64,000 bases of DNA from Vitrella brassicaformis CCMP3155. Its lineage: Eukaryota; Protista; Chromerida. Under the pieces are notes generated by a model that worked only from the letters and a program-made list of their open reading frames with translations, had not been told where the DNA came from and searched no databases. The DNA lies in assembly GCA_001179505.1 (NCBI GenBank), contig CDMY01000482.1, forward strand, positions 1 to 64,000. Direction: 5' to 3'. The translations under genes were made by a program, and so were the position numbers. Positions 34,947-46,286 of this stretch are shown piece after piece (positions within the stretch are counted from its first letter, which is position 1; the number at the start of each line of letters is the position of its first letter).

Positions 34947-36185
34947 ATGACTACTTCTGCGGCTCTGGCGGGCGCCATCCCTGCTGCTGCAGAGCTGCAC
35001 GTGGCCTGTGGAGCGGTGCTGGGACGCTCCGTCAATGCGCCGGTCACTGGCGTCCAACCAGCGGCGTGTGAGTCTGCCGGTGCGCGTGAGCCTACAGCGG
35101 CCAGCATGACAGACGACGACAAGAAGAACAGCTGCCGCGAATCCCTCTTTGGGTGCGGCACGTGGCAGCGGAAGGGACCGGTTTATTCTCGCGAGACTAC
35201 CGGGACGACGAGCAGCCGACGAGCCAAAGTCGCCTGTGTACGTCCCAGCGGTCGCCGGTCGCTCATGGGGCTTACAGTCCATGACAGTCAACGACGTCAT
35301 GACGGCCTGCCTCGTCGGCGCATACACTTGATATGCACAGCATCAACAACAGCAGCAGCAGGACAACAGCAACCACTCCGAGCAGCTATCTCGCCACCGA
35401 CACACCCGTCACCACGCCCACACTCATGGACGGCGACTTCCGCAGTGGCTCGGTCGCTGACTCGACAGGTACAGGGGAGACCCTGGACGTCGCACGCCTG
35501 CCCTCGCTCCCCATACCGCTCACGGCCGCCTCTCCCAAGTCCACCAATGAGGCGTCATCGAGTCTCAATGCTCCTCATGGCCTTTCCCCCGCTGAGCCAC
35601 CCAAGGGCCGTCGTGGCGCCGTTCTACAGCACGAAGGATGCACGACACCCGTGGCCGCCTCACACACGCGCAACGACACCATGCACACGAGCCGGTCGCT
35701 GCCAAGCCCTGCGGTCGGCGCTCTTCGCCCCCTGCCCGGCGAGTCGGCCCAGCTTCCTGTCGTCACTGCGAAGCTGCCTGAGCCCCGAGCGGACGCCCCT
35801 CCAGCGGTCGCCACACCAACATGGCACCACCGATGGCATCACCAATCGCGGCCTCTCCCTCTGCCTGCCGCTGTTCTTCCCCTCCATGAGCAACGAGTCG
35901 GTCTCCACACAGACGGGCGACAGCGACGCATTGAGCCCCGAGGGACGGTCGAGGTTCGCCCGCAGCACCAACCCCAAGCCCGTCCGGCTGCAAGACGAGA
36001 TGCGCCTGCTGGTGGCCATGAACAAGCGCAAGGCGGGGCAGACAGCCGAGGGGCTGCAAAACGTCTATGGAGCGGCCGTGTTGCCCTTCCCCACGTGTGT
36101 GGAGTCGTCTTCGGTCGACCGGCTGTGTCGCGTGGCGGCACAGACAGAGAGATGCAAGGAGGGGTCGGCCACGCCGGGGAGATGA
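34947..36185 (+). CDS. Hypothetical low-complexity S/T/P-rich protein
   Basis: Two overlapping long ORFs (412 and 305 aa) with no domain recognised; the true frame is unresolved. Confidence 0.35.
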   Translation: MTTSAALAGAIPAAAELHVACGAVLGRSVNAPVTGVQPAACESAGAREPTAASMTDDDKKNSCRESLFGCGTWQRKGPVYSRETTGTTSSRRAKVACVRPSGRRSLMGLTVHDSQRRHDGLPRRRIHLICTASTTAAAGQQQPLRAAISPPTHPSPRPHSWTATSAVARSLTRQVQGRPWTSHACPRSPYRSRPPLPSPPMRRHRVSMLLMAFPPLSHPRAVVAPFYSTKDARHPWPPHTRATTPCTRAGRCQALRSALFAPCPASRPSFLSSLRSCLSPERTPLQRSPHQHGTTDGITNRGLSLCLPLFFPSMSNESVSTQTGDSDALSPEGRSRFARSTNPKPVRLQDEMRLLVAMNKRKAGQTAEGLQNVYGAAVLPFPTCVESSSVDRLCRVAAQTERCKEGSATPGR

Positions 36186-36671
36186 CATGTTTCTCAGGAT
36201 CGGGGTGGGATGAGTCACTGTGCGTGCAGATGCGTACATACGTCGACTGACTCATACATGCATTCCGCTGTGCATGTCCAAATGACTTGCGTGTGCGTTC
36301 TCCATTTGTCAGCAGCAGATACAGGTAAGTACTTACTGGCGATGAGATGCAGTACTACTAGGTAGGTGAGATGATTGTGCACTTACAATCACCTACCTGA
36401 ACTCACATGTAGGCAGTCTGGTAGGCAGACAGGTTTTCTCTTTCTCTATCGCCATCCACACCTGGCAGGCATCCATCCATCCATCCATCTGCTTCGTACG
36501 ATTAGCTGGGACACTGCAGTGACGGCTCGCCGTTCGGATTGAATTTGTCCCTGCTGTACTAGCTACCTGCTGTACTTGCTGGCCCGCATGCCAAGTACAG
36601 CTGTGCTGGCATGCACATCTGCTTCATTTTGAGTACGATCATATCTGCGGGGGGGGGGGGGGGGGAGGGGG

Positions 36672-36971
36672 NNNNNNNNNNNNNNNNNNNNNNNNNNNNN
36701 NNNNNNNNNNNNNNNNNNNNNNNNNNNNNNNNNNNNNNNNNNNNNNNNNNNNNNNNNNNNNNNNNNNNNNNNNNNNNNNNNNNNNNNNNNNNNNNNNNNN
36801 NNNNNNNNNNNNNNNNNNNNNNNNNNNNNNNNNNNNNNNNNNNNNNNNNNNNNNNNNNNNNNNNNNNNNNNNNNNNNNNNNNNNNNNNNNNNNNNNNNNN
36901 NNNNNNNNNNNNNNNNNNNNNNNNNNNNNNNNNNNNNNNNNNNNNNNNNNNNNNNNNNNNNNNNNNNNNNN
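36672..36971. other. Assembly gap (300 N) flanked by G runs
   Basis: Run of N, with poly-G immediately before it (about 36648-36671) and GGGGG after it. Confidence 1.
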
Positions 36972-37334
36972 GGGGGCCAGTCTCTCAACGGCTGAGGCTA
37001 CGTTGCTGATGGTGAATGTTTGTTTGTGCGTGGGGTTGATAATATCAACGTTTGAGCGTCCGGTGTTTGATCCTCATACCCCCCAGCCGCATCTTGGCAC
37101 TCTCACTCACTACTCATGGACGGCCGCAATCTTGAACCCGATCAGCAATGATCAATCGGCAAGCAAAATTGTGTTGCCATTGGATGTGTGAAGCAAACTC
37201 AGAGATAGGGCTGATCGTGTAAGAGGGTTCTCTTGTTTTCATGAGTCTGTCGCTTATTTTGTTTTTGTATCCGTCTGGTGAAATAAAAGAATACGCTTGC
37301 TTAGAAAAACTCCTGTCTGATGAGTCCTGTCTGG

Positions 37335-39085
37335 TCAGATAGAGGCGATCTGAACAGATAGATTCAGTGTGTCGGTAAGCGCTTTCACCTGAGCGGCACT
37401 GATCGGGAACACAGCTAATCAACACAAGACAGAGAGGGAGAGACACACACACACAACACAAGACAGCGCAGCACCTCAATCAGTGTGTGGTTCCCTCCCT
37501 GACTCACTCTGTTGCTGTTGGATGGCGTGTTTGCCCTCGTTGATGAGGTCGGTGGTCTGCTTGTGGGCAGACGCCTTGTCGACGAGCTCCCCTTCCTCGG
37601 CCTCCTCCGCACTGCCCTCCTCGGCAATCAACTCGTCCGCCAACGCCCCACCTCACAGACACATATCGACCCCACACCATGTGCTTATCGTGTGTCCGTG
37701 TGATGGATGGCATTTGATGTGATACCTTCCTGTGCGGCCCGTTCGGCTTTGATGGCGAGTTTTGCCTTCTTGTGGGTAATGTCCCGCTCGACAACCGCCT
37801 TTCGCTTGTCGTGGGCCGCACTCTCCAACGACGCCACACTCACAGCCAAACCTGTAGACACACACAGCACAGACATCCCTCTCTCTCTCTGTCTCTCTGC
37901 CTGCGTCTCTGGCTGGCTGACCGTCGACTCGGCTGGCCATCTTGTCGACGTCACCCTCGAGCGCTGCGATCTGCGTGTCGAGAGATGCGGGCGGGGCCGA
38001 CTTGCTGGGGCGGCGCGAGGCCTCGGGAGGGATCAGCTGGGTGAAGCGGTGAGTGGGGGCCGACTGGGGGGCGGCTGGGTGTGTGCTGGCGTGAGTCACC
38101 AACATGTCCTCCTCGGCTATCACGTTGCCAATGCGCGTGTCGAGCTCGCGAAGACGCCCACGCAGCTCACCCACACGAGACACGCTGACAGACAGGACAT
38201 CATATCATCACACACAGGAGGAGTGCACGTTAGGGCTCATGCCAGGTGTGGGTGGGTGTGTGGGTGGCTTACAGGTGGTCGGCCGACAGGCGAGCAGGCG
38301 CACTCTGATCCATAGATCCATGGAGAGAGGGATTGACATTTACACAGTTCATAGACACATATCAGAGGTGTGTGTGTGTGTGTTGTGGTTGCGGCTGGCT
38401 TACGTCGAGTGTGTCGATTTCCTTGGCGATTTGTTTCATCTCTGTGTGGATTTGGTGTCTCTTCTCGGCGAGTTCCGCCCTGACGGCTGCCACCTCCCTC
38501 TCTGTCTCGACGGCCTCCTTGCGCAGCTTGAGCTGACCCTCCAGCTTTGCACTCTCACGAGTGCCCTCGGCCGCCGCCAACTCGCGCTGATCCACCGACA
38601 CAATCATCGCACACAGACACACAGAGAGGGATTGGCTGCAGAAGTATATGGAGTGGCGCACTTACGTTGAGGAGTTCCTTTTGTTGGTTGACGGCGGTCT
38701 CCTGTTGGATGACGTCCGTGTCGGCCGCCACACCCACACGCTCGCCAGACACACGAGCCTGATCAGACAAACACACACAACACTGATTCATGTGTGTGTG
38801 TGTGTGTTGATGTGTGTGCCTGGAGCTGTTTGAGTTGGACGTGCATGGCCTCCTCGTCGGCGACCACCTGCACCGACTTGGCCACCAGACTGACCAGCGC
38901 GGCCTGCTGCTCGCGGATCTCGTTGGCGTCGAACAGCTCGCCGCTCTCCATGGCTTTGCCCAGCTCGTGGGCGCTGATCGAGGCCGACCGCAGCAGCCGA
39001 CTCGACGCCAGCAGACCTGCACTCTCAAGCTCGCTCGACGCCCGCAACAAGTCACGAGACACCTCGTGCTGTCCAATGAAACGAT

Positions 39086-39117
<32 letters not shown>

Positions 39118-39454
39118 GTCGGTGTGTGTGTTGTGCCCTCATTGTCTCTGTCTGTCTCTCTCACTGCTCACTTGAATCTCTCCGGCCTTTCTGGGTTTGC
39201 CTTGCGCGACGAGCGAGTCGACGGCCGACTGGACGAGCGAGGCGGACTGTCGGTGGTAGGCGGCGGCCGTGACGTGGTCGCCAAGGTGAGAGGCGTGTGT
39301 GGCCTTGATGGACAGGGAAATGGCGTCGAGGGCGAGTGTGACTATTGATGTGCCAGATTGCAGACTGTGTGCTGTGCGTGTGCGTGTGTGACTATTGATG
39401 CGTTGATGTCAGTTGATGCATTGACGCGAATGCATTCGATCCATTGTCATCCAT
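37335..39454 (-). CDS. Hypothetical coiled-coil protein, multi-exon; ends approximate
   Basis: Phase-compatible exons such as SAVDSLVAQGKPRKAGEIQ|HEVSRDLLRASSELES, RESAKLEGQLKLRKEAVETEREVAAVRAELAEK and RVGELRGRLRELDTRIG. Heptad-rich, no catalytic motif. Confidence 0.65.
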
Positions 39455-39514
39455 TCATAGTCGATATTCAAGAAGCTGACACGGCAGGTTTTCAAGGAGA
39501 GGCAACGATGTGGC

Positions 39515-41196
39515 TCAGCCGTCTTTGTGTGGCTTGTCAAAACGTGACTTCTTCGCGGCAGCTGCTTCGGCAGGCCCCTGATCGAACCGCGACCGCTTTG
39601 GACGGGCGTGGGTGGGGGTGCCAGCTGTAGCGGGGATGGCTGGAGCTGAGGCAGCCAGAGAGGCGTTCTTCTGCTCGATGTCCTCGCGCGTCGTTCCCAG
39701 CTCAGTCAGGGAGGGCGAGCTCCAACTCACCCCCTTCCACTGACTTGTCCTGCAGCACCGAGTTGACAGTGACGAAGGCGCTGTGCACAAGCTGCCTCAG
39801 CCGCGACTCGTCATCCCTCTCTGATCAGACAAGCTATTTATAAGAAACCACACTGTCTCACGGCCGGGGACTCACCTCTCTTGGCGATGGTCTGTCGGAT
39901 TCGCTGGATTTGATCGAGAGAGGGGATGTGCAGACCACAGTGCTGGGCGAACAGCAGACACAGGGTCTCCTCCTCAACATCGCCGAGCATCTGGGACAGA
40001 CACAGACCCGGTGCGGCTGACAGCCTTGCTGAGGGTGGGTGCGCTCTGTTCATATTCTTACGTCGATTTTGATGTCGCCGTGTTTGAGGGCAGCTTGGAC
40101 GGCCAAACCGACAGCGGCTGAGACCATCTGCCACGTCAGAAGGGGTTCAGATATATCATCCACATCATAAGAGCAGCTTACAGCCTTCTACTACCGGTTG
40201 ATTAGCGAGAGATTGGATTTTCTTCTTCTTCTTCTGGTTGAATGTCTCGGTGAACCAGCTCTCCTTGACGTGGGGACACTGCAACACGGCACCACATTGC
40301 ATACGCCCGTATGATGAAGTGCTCCGTGTACTGACCTCCTCAAGGACTGCATCTAGCAGCGGAACCGACAGCAACGGGCACCTGAAGTCCACACCCGACC
40401 AGACCTCTAGAACTCCCATGTCACGGATGCCCGACACGTCAAGGTCAAGGGCTGCAATGGGCTGCATGAACACACACGCCCTTGTGTGTGTGTGTGTGTG
40501 TGTCATGGTGGCAAGCCTCTAGCATTCGCTTCACCACATCTGTCGCCATTGAGCGCCTTCTTGGCGGCTTCGGTCGGCGTCCCCTGGCCTGACACGCCGT
40601 ACATCCACACACCAGATCAGGAAGGAAGATAGTCAGCAGGTCATGATTTGTGCGTGTGCGTGCCGTACATGTGTTGTCTGTCTGTTTCTGTGTGGGTGTC
40701 GGTTTGTGTGTGTGTGCATCTGTTGCTGACCGAATGCAATGTGGTGCCGGCGTATCTGGATGCTGACATCACCACTGTGTGCATCTGGATGAGCCGCCTT
40801 ATCTCCAGCGCGGTGAGGTGCCTCCGATACTGATTGTAAAGGATGCGATCGGCCCCTGCGAGCACGGCGTTGACCCAAAGATACTGCCGATATGGCGTAG
40901 GAAGATATCTGAATACAGACGCACGGACAAACAGCTATCGGTCGGTACATACCATTTGTTTGTTTGTGTGTGCATAGATCTACTGGCGGGCATCGGCAAG
41001 GTCAATGCCATGCAGATTGGCTGCCCACTAAAGGAGACGCAGACAGGAGTGACTCTGTGCGTGTGTTGGTGGGTGGTTACCTCTGTTCGGTCTCGCCGTT
41101 GCAGAAACTGATCAAAGGCCTGACGTCCCGCCTCTGACATCGACACGCACATAATTCGCCTGTCTGTCTGTCTGTCCGTCCGTCTGTCCGTCCGTC

Positions 41197-41227
<31 letters not shown>

Positions 41228-41752
41228 CTGTCTGTCCGTCCGTCTGTCTGTCTGTCTGTCTGCCGACATCTTGCTGTGCATGTGTGTGTGTGTGTGTCCT
41301 CACGCCACAGTTCGTTGTTTGGTATAAGTCGGAAGATTAGCGTAGCTGAGATCAAAGCAGCCAGACGCAACAGGTTGTGTTGTGTTGTGTTGTGTGTCTC
41401 GTACCATCGACAGTGAAGAGACCCGGCCGCCTGTCACCAAAGCGAAACGCTGAATGAAGAACATTCACACAAGATCCTTCATGCGGCACAGCGATTTGTG
41501 AAGTCGACTCACTTAGTTCGAACACCATCGTTTCGTATCCGACGAACGGAGGCACATGAGGTAAGGCTGCACACCAACATCGCGCACACACATTGATAGC
41601 CCTGCACACACATCGATAGTACCCTCCACGTTGTAGAGGCCATTGCTGTACAGTTGAGCAGGTGTGTCATCATCGAGTGGGAAATATCTCAAGCCTTGAG
41701 CATGGCCGGCAAAGAGTACGATCAAGGCGGAGATAAGGACATTGATCTTCAT
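39515..41752 (-). CDS. Hypothetical signal-peptide protein: one gene, or two genes split near 40530
   Basis: MKINVLISALIVLFAGHAQG signal-like start. Exons splice in phase to ...QYLPTPYRQYLWVNAVLAGADRILYNQYRRH.... An alternative donor either stops at 40531 or continues into exons to about 39515. Confidence 0.5.
41160..41262. repeat. Compound (TCTG)/(TCCG) tetranucleotide microsatellite in an intron
   Basis: About 100 bp of alternating TCTG and TCCG units. Confidence 0.95.
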
Positions 41753-42546
41753 GCTTCGCCCTGTCATGCTGAAGCATGCTTCGCCTGTCTCGGCCGAGAG
41801 GTTGCCGAGTCGGCCCGGCAAGCAAAGCAAACTGTGTACACGTGTATGCATGTACGTATACGTGTACAAGTCGATCAGTCACACGCACACCCAGCTAGTT
41901 CCCCGTCTGTGTTGTGGCCATCGGTGCTGCGGCCGCTGCTGCTCCTAGACGTACACTGGTCATCTCTTGTGCTCAAGCGTACAGACCTGAAATGACGCCA
42001 CACACACACACACACACACGTCGCTTGCGCTCCCTCCTGATAGTGGAGTGCATCTAGCCATACGACCCGTCGCCGCTCCTGTCACACACAGCCATACACA
42101 TCACAGCCTTCCTACGCTCTCTCTTTTTCTCTCCCTGTGGTGCGATAACACACAAAAATAACACGCTTTCTCTCTTATATATCGCACAAGAGACAGAGAC
42201 ACAGCGATTGACACAATGCGCGAATGATGCCACAGGCTCCGTGAGAAAGAGAGAATGGCTGGGCACGTTTTTGATCACATGAGTCGTCATTGCTACAATA
42301 AGGCCTTCACACCTATATATAGGTGCCGTTAATTGTACGGCAAGGCAAGGCTAAGCCACACAGTCCTAACAGTCCTGATCAAGTGTCTTCATCGCTGCGG
42401 CCCACATGACTATCCAGCCGCCATCGCACGCACGCCAGCCCTCCCCTCGGCATGGCCAGAGAGATCAGACACATCTTCCCTTCCCGCCAGTCTGCATCCC
42501 ACCCATCTCGGCCGTCTCGTCCCATAGCACGGCAGGCAGAGCCAAG

Positions 42547-43103
42547 TTACGCCACCCGCATGGTCCTGATGATGTGCTCGTCGTTCTCGGTCCCGTGCTT
42601 GAGCGTCAGGTTGATGCCCCACCGCAGCGTTTCCATCCGAACGACACGAAAGATCACCTCGCAGATGCCCATGCGGCGGCCCGTCTCCCCGCCGATGGCG
42701 AAGGGGCGCAGCGGTGGCTGGCCCGGCCCGCCCACCACATGGACGTTGCCGTGCTGGATGATGCTGTGGCCGGCGGCCGTCACGTACTGCTGCATGGCGT
42801 GGTTGATGCGTGTGCCGAATGGGTTCTCGCCGATGGAGACGGAGGGGGAGGGGGTCAGCAGGGAGGCGATCGTCGTCTGGATCTCGGGAGGAAGAGCGAC
42901 GTGTGTCGTCTCGCTGATGGGGATGGGTCGGGATAGCGAGGCCACAATGGAGCGGCTGGGCTGCAGAGCGGTGTTGATGGCACGGATGGACCGGCGAGGG
43001 ATCTTGCGGTTCAGCAGCGTGCCGTATGCCTTCACGATCCTCCTCAGGGGCCAGTCTGCCTTGTCCACCTCCTCATCGCTGTCCCAATCGCAGTCGCTGT
43101 CCC
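42547..43103 (-). CDS. Ankyrin-like family copy B, 3' part only (cut by gap)
   Basis: DSDCDWDSDEEVDKADWPLRRIVKAYGTLLNRKIP...HGTENDEHIIRTMRVA*, nearly identical to copy C. Confidence 0.7.
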
Positions 43104-43403
43104 NNNNNNNNNNNNNNNNNNNNNNNNNNNNNNNNNNNNNNNNNNNNNNNNNNNNNNNNNNNNNNNNNNNNNNNNNNNNNNNNNNNNNNNNNNNNNNNNN
43201 NNNNNNNNNNNNNNNNNNNNNNNNNNNNNNNNNNNNNNNNNNNNNNNNNNNNNNNNNNNNNNNNNNNNNNNNNNNNNNNNNNNNNNNNNNNNNNNNNNNN
43301 NNNNNNNNNNNNNNNNNNNNNNNNNNNNNNNNNNNNNNNNNNNNNNNNNNNNNNNNNNNNNNNNNNNNNNNNNNNNNNNNNNNNNNNNNNNNNNNNNNNN
43401 NNN
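43104..43403. other. Assembly gap (300 N)
   Basis: Run of N. Confidence 1.
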
Positions 43404-43641
43404 ACACCTATATATAGGTGCCGTTAATTGTACGGCAAGGCAAGGCTAAGCCACACAGTCCTAACAGTCCTGATCAAGTGTCTTCATCGCTGCGGCCCAC
43501 ATGACTATCCAGCCGCCATCGCACGCACGCCAGCCCTCCCCTCGGCATGGCCAGAGAGATCAGACACATCTTCCCTTCCCGCCAGTCTGCATCCCACCCA
43601 TCTCGGCCGTCTCGTCCCATAGCACGGCAGGCAGAGCCAAG

Positions 43642-45870
43642 TTACGCCACCCGCATGGTCCTGATGATCTGCTCGTCATTGTCCATCCCGTGCTTGAGCG
43701 TCAGGTTGATGCCCCACCGCAGCGTTTCCATCCGAACGACACGAAAGATCACCTCGCAGATGCCCATGCGGCGGCCCGTCTCCCCGCCGATGGCGAAGGG
43801 GCGCAGCGGTGGCTGGCCCGGCCCGCCCACCACATGGACGTTGCCGTGCTGGATGATGCTGTGGCCGGCGGCCGTCACGTACTGCTGCATGGCGTGGTTG
43901 ATGCGTGTGCCGAATGGGTTCTCGCCGATGGAGACGGAGGGGGAGGGGGTCAGCAGGGAGGCGATCGTCGTCTGGATCTCGGGAGGAAGAGCGACGTGTG
44001 TCGTCTCGCTGATGGGGATGGGTCGGGATAGCGAGGCCACAATGGAGCGGCTGGGCTGCAGAGCGGTGTTGATGGCACGGATGGACCGGCGAGGGATCTT
44101 GCGGTTCAGCAGCGTGCCGTATGCCTTCACGATCCTCCTCAGGGGCCAGTCTGCCTTGTCCACCTCCTCATCGCTGTCCCAATCGCAGTCGCTGTCCCAG
44201 AGCCTTTCGTCCATCCCCCTTTCTCTCTGACGCCGGCGCTCAACCCCGGCCTCTCTGATGGCCCTCTGTGGGGTCACGCCGGCAGCCGTCAGCGAGGCAC
44301 CGTGCGTGAGCAAGTCCAGCAGATCCGGCTCGACCCGCACGGCATCCGAAGGCTCGAGCTCTCGTTCGGTCATCTCACGCGCCAGGTCCCACAGCAGAGT
44401 ACACCCGCTCCAGCTGGACGTGTTGATGTGCTTCGCTGCACCGAAGTGGTAGAGGCGTTGGATGGTCTCTTTGCGGCCCGCGCGGCTGAGGTGGCCAACC
44501 GAGAAATGCGAGTCCCACAGCGGCCGCCTGCCGTCACTGTCTGTTGCGCTGACGATGTCGCGCCCGCATACCTTGACAAAGTATTCGATGAGCCGCTGCT
44601 GGCACTTGGGGTCGGTGAGGGGGTGCTTGCAGTAGCGGTGGATGGGCTGCTTGCCGTTGCCGTCCACTTCTGTGAGGACAGAGCGGTCGCGATTGGCGAT
44701 CTTCTTGACGATGTGCAGGTGGGCAGCCGGCGACAGCTCTTGCCGATTGCCGAATGTGGCCATGCGCAACCGCATTGACGGGACGGACGTGGCCAGCTCC
44801 GACAGCAGCTGCATGCCGTTGACAGCCGCCTTGTACTGCGGCTCGAGGAGCATCTCCAGCAGGGCCCACCGCCCCTCTCTGATTGCAATCCGCAAACTCC
44901 TGTGCTTCGCGTCGTCGGTGCTCACGTCGATCGGCGCCCCGGCGTCGAGGAGTGCCCGGAGCACCTTGTCAGCCGATGAGCCGTAATGGTCTGCGACCAC
45001 CAGCCCCACCAGGCTGATGTCGCCTCCATCGGCCTCCTTGACGCCGCCCCTGATGTTGGCCCCCTGCTCGATGAGGCCGCCCGCCGTATGTTCACTGACT
45101 GTGCCACACGCAATGCCGATGGCCAGCCGCTTCGTCAGATGGCACACACCAGCATCGAACTGCAGCGTGACGACCTTGCGGAAGTTTGTGTCGATGGTGG
45201 CCGTATTGGGGAGCGATGCAGGGAGGGCGTCTGGGTCTGGCAAGGCTGTGAATGGCGGCGGGGGCTGGGAGCTGCCGAAGAGGGCCGAAGGGGTGAAGGC
45301 ATGCTCAAAGTCCTGCACACACGCACAAGCAGACGATGCACGCGACTCCATGTCTCATGTCTTCACGTAGCGCACCCGCTGCGTTGGCGTCACGGAGACC
45401 AAGTTGCCCATGAAGCCCCAACAGCGACTATAGTTGCGCATGAAGGTACCGAAAATGTCCATGACGGTGAGTAGGATGGCCGAGTGACGTGCTGAGTGGC
45501 GGCTGGGGATGGAGCGAAGTCTGCGGCCGGTGGAGCGTCCGCTCACGCCCTCGCCCTCCTTCAGCTGCTCGCGGCGCTTGACTTGGCCATGGGGGTCGGT
45601 CACGACGTATTGGTACTGATGCTCGCCCGGCGGGATGGCCGCACAGACGCGCCAGGCGTCACATGTGGGAGACGGAGGGGCCATGCGGTGCGCATTGCCA
45701 CCGACCAGCAACGAAACTGATATATTCACAAGACGCGCACATCCCATTACTCTGCATAGATCTGACTCTTTTCGTTCTCCGCGTGAACTCCCTCGTACCA
45801 GACTCGCCATCGTTGACATCCTCCGGGGAGGCCACCAGCCTGAAGACTACAGGGACGGGTGCGTCTGCAT
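43642..45870 (-). CDS. Ankyrin-like family copy C; exons 45716-45376 and 45312-43642 intact, exon 1 frameshifted (5'-degenerate or uses a downstream ATG)
   Basis: Same intron positions as copies A and D. A 1-nt deletion in exon 1 gives ATG CAG ACG CAC CCG TCC CTG TAG (45870-45847). Confidence 0.75.
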
Positions 45871-46248
45871 GCCGGAGGGGAGACCGACACGGTGGTCCAG
45901 CAGCCGGCTCCCTGTCACCTCGACGATGTAGCGGACGTCCGCTACATCGTCACATCATCAGAGCTTGTGGGGGCTGTGGGCTAAGCTCGCAGCCTTACAT
46001 GAACGGAAGTTGTGACGTCAGGATCTGTTGCCCATGAGAGGGATCCCCCATGAGAGGGACGGGTGCGTCTGCATGCCGGAGGGGAGACCGACACGGTGGT
46101 CCAGCAGCCGGCTCCCTGTCACCTCGACGATGTAGCGGACGTCCGCTACATCGTCACATCATCAGAGCTTGTGGGGGCTGTGGGCTAAGCTCGCAGCCTT
46201 ACATGAACGGAAGTTGTGACGTCAGGATCTGTTGCCCATGAGAGGGAT
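45851..46248. repeat. Exact 194-bp direct repeat, period 204 bp (45851-46044 and 46055-46248), each with a perfect 30-bp palindrome
   Basis: GACGATGTAGCGGACGTCCGCTACATCGTC at 45922-45951 and 46126-46155. The junction repeats CCCATGAGAGGGA. Confidence 0.95.
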
Positions 46249-46286
46249 GTTCGTTCTTTTGTGAACCTCCATCATTGGCCGGCCCG

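Larger units (their letters stand above)
42309..44198. repeat. Near-identical 795-bp direct repeat (42309-43103 and 43404-44198) flanking the 300-N gap
   Basis: Offset 1095 bp. By eye the copies are identical except for a short cluster of differences near the stop codon. Confidence 0.9.

Noticed and set aside
36648-36671. Poly-G tract as a G-quadruplex element
   Set aside because: It abuts the assembly gap, so its length and context are unreliable.
36563-37009. ORFs spanning N runs (also 42452-43427)
   Set aside because: Artefacts of translating gaps; only the real-base part of ankyrin copy B is supported.
37114-37479. 121-aa minus-strand ORF in a lower-GC stretch as a foreign or TE fragment
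   Set aside because: A different frame gives a phase-compatible last exon of the coiled-coil gene; the rest looks like UTR, with no TE motif.
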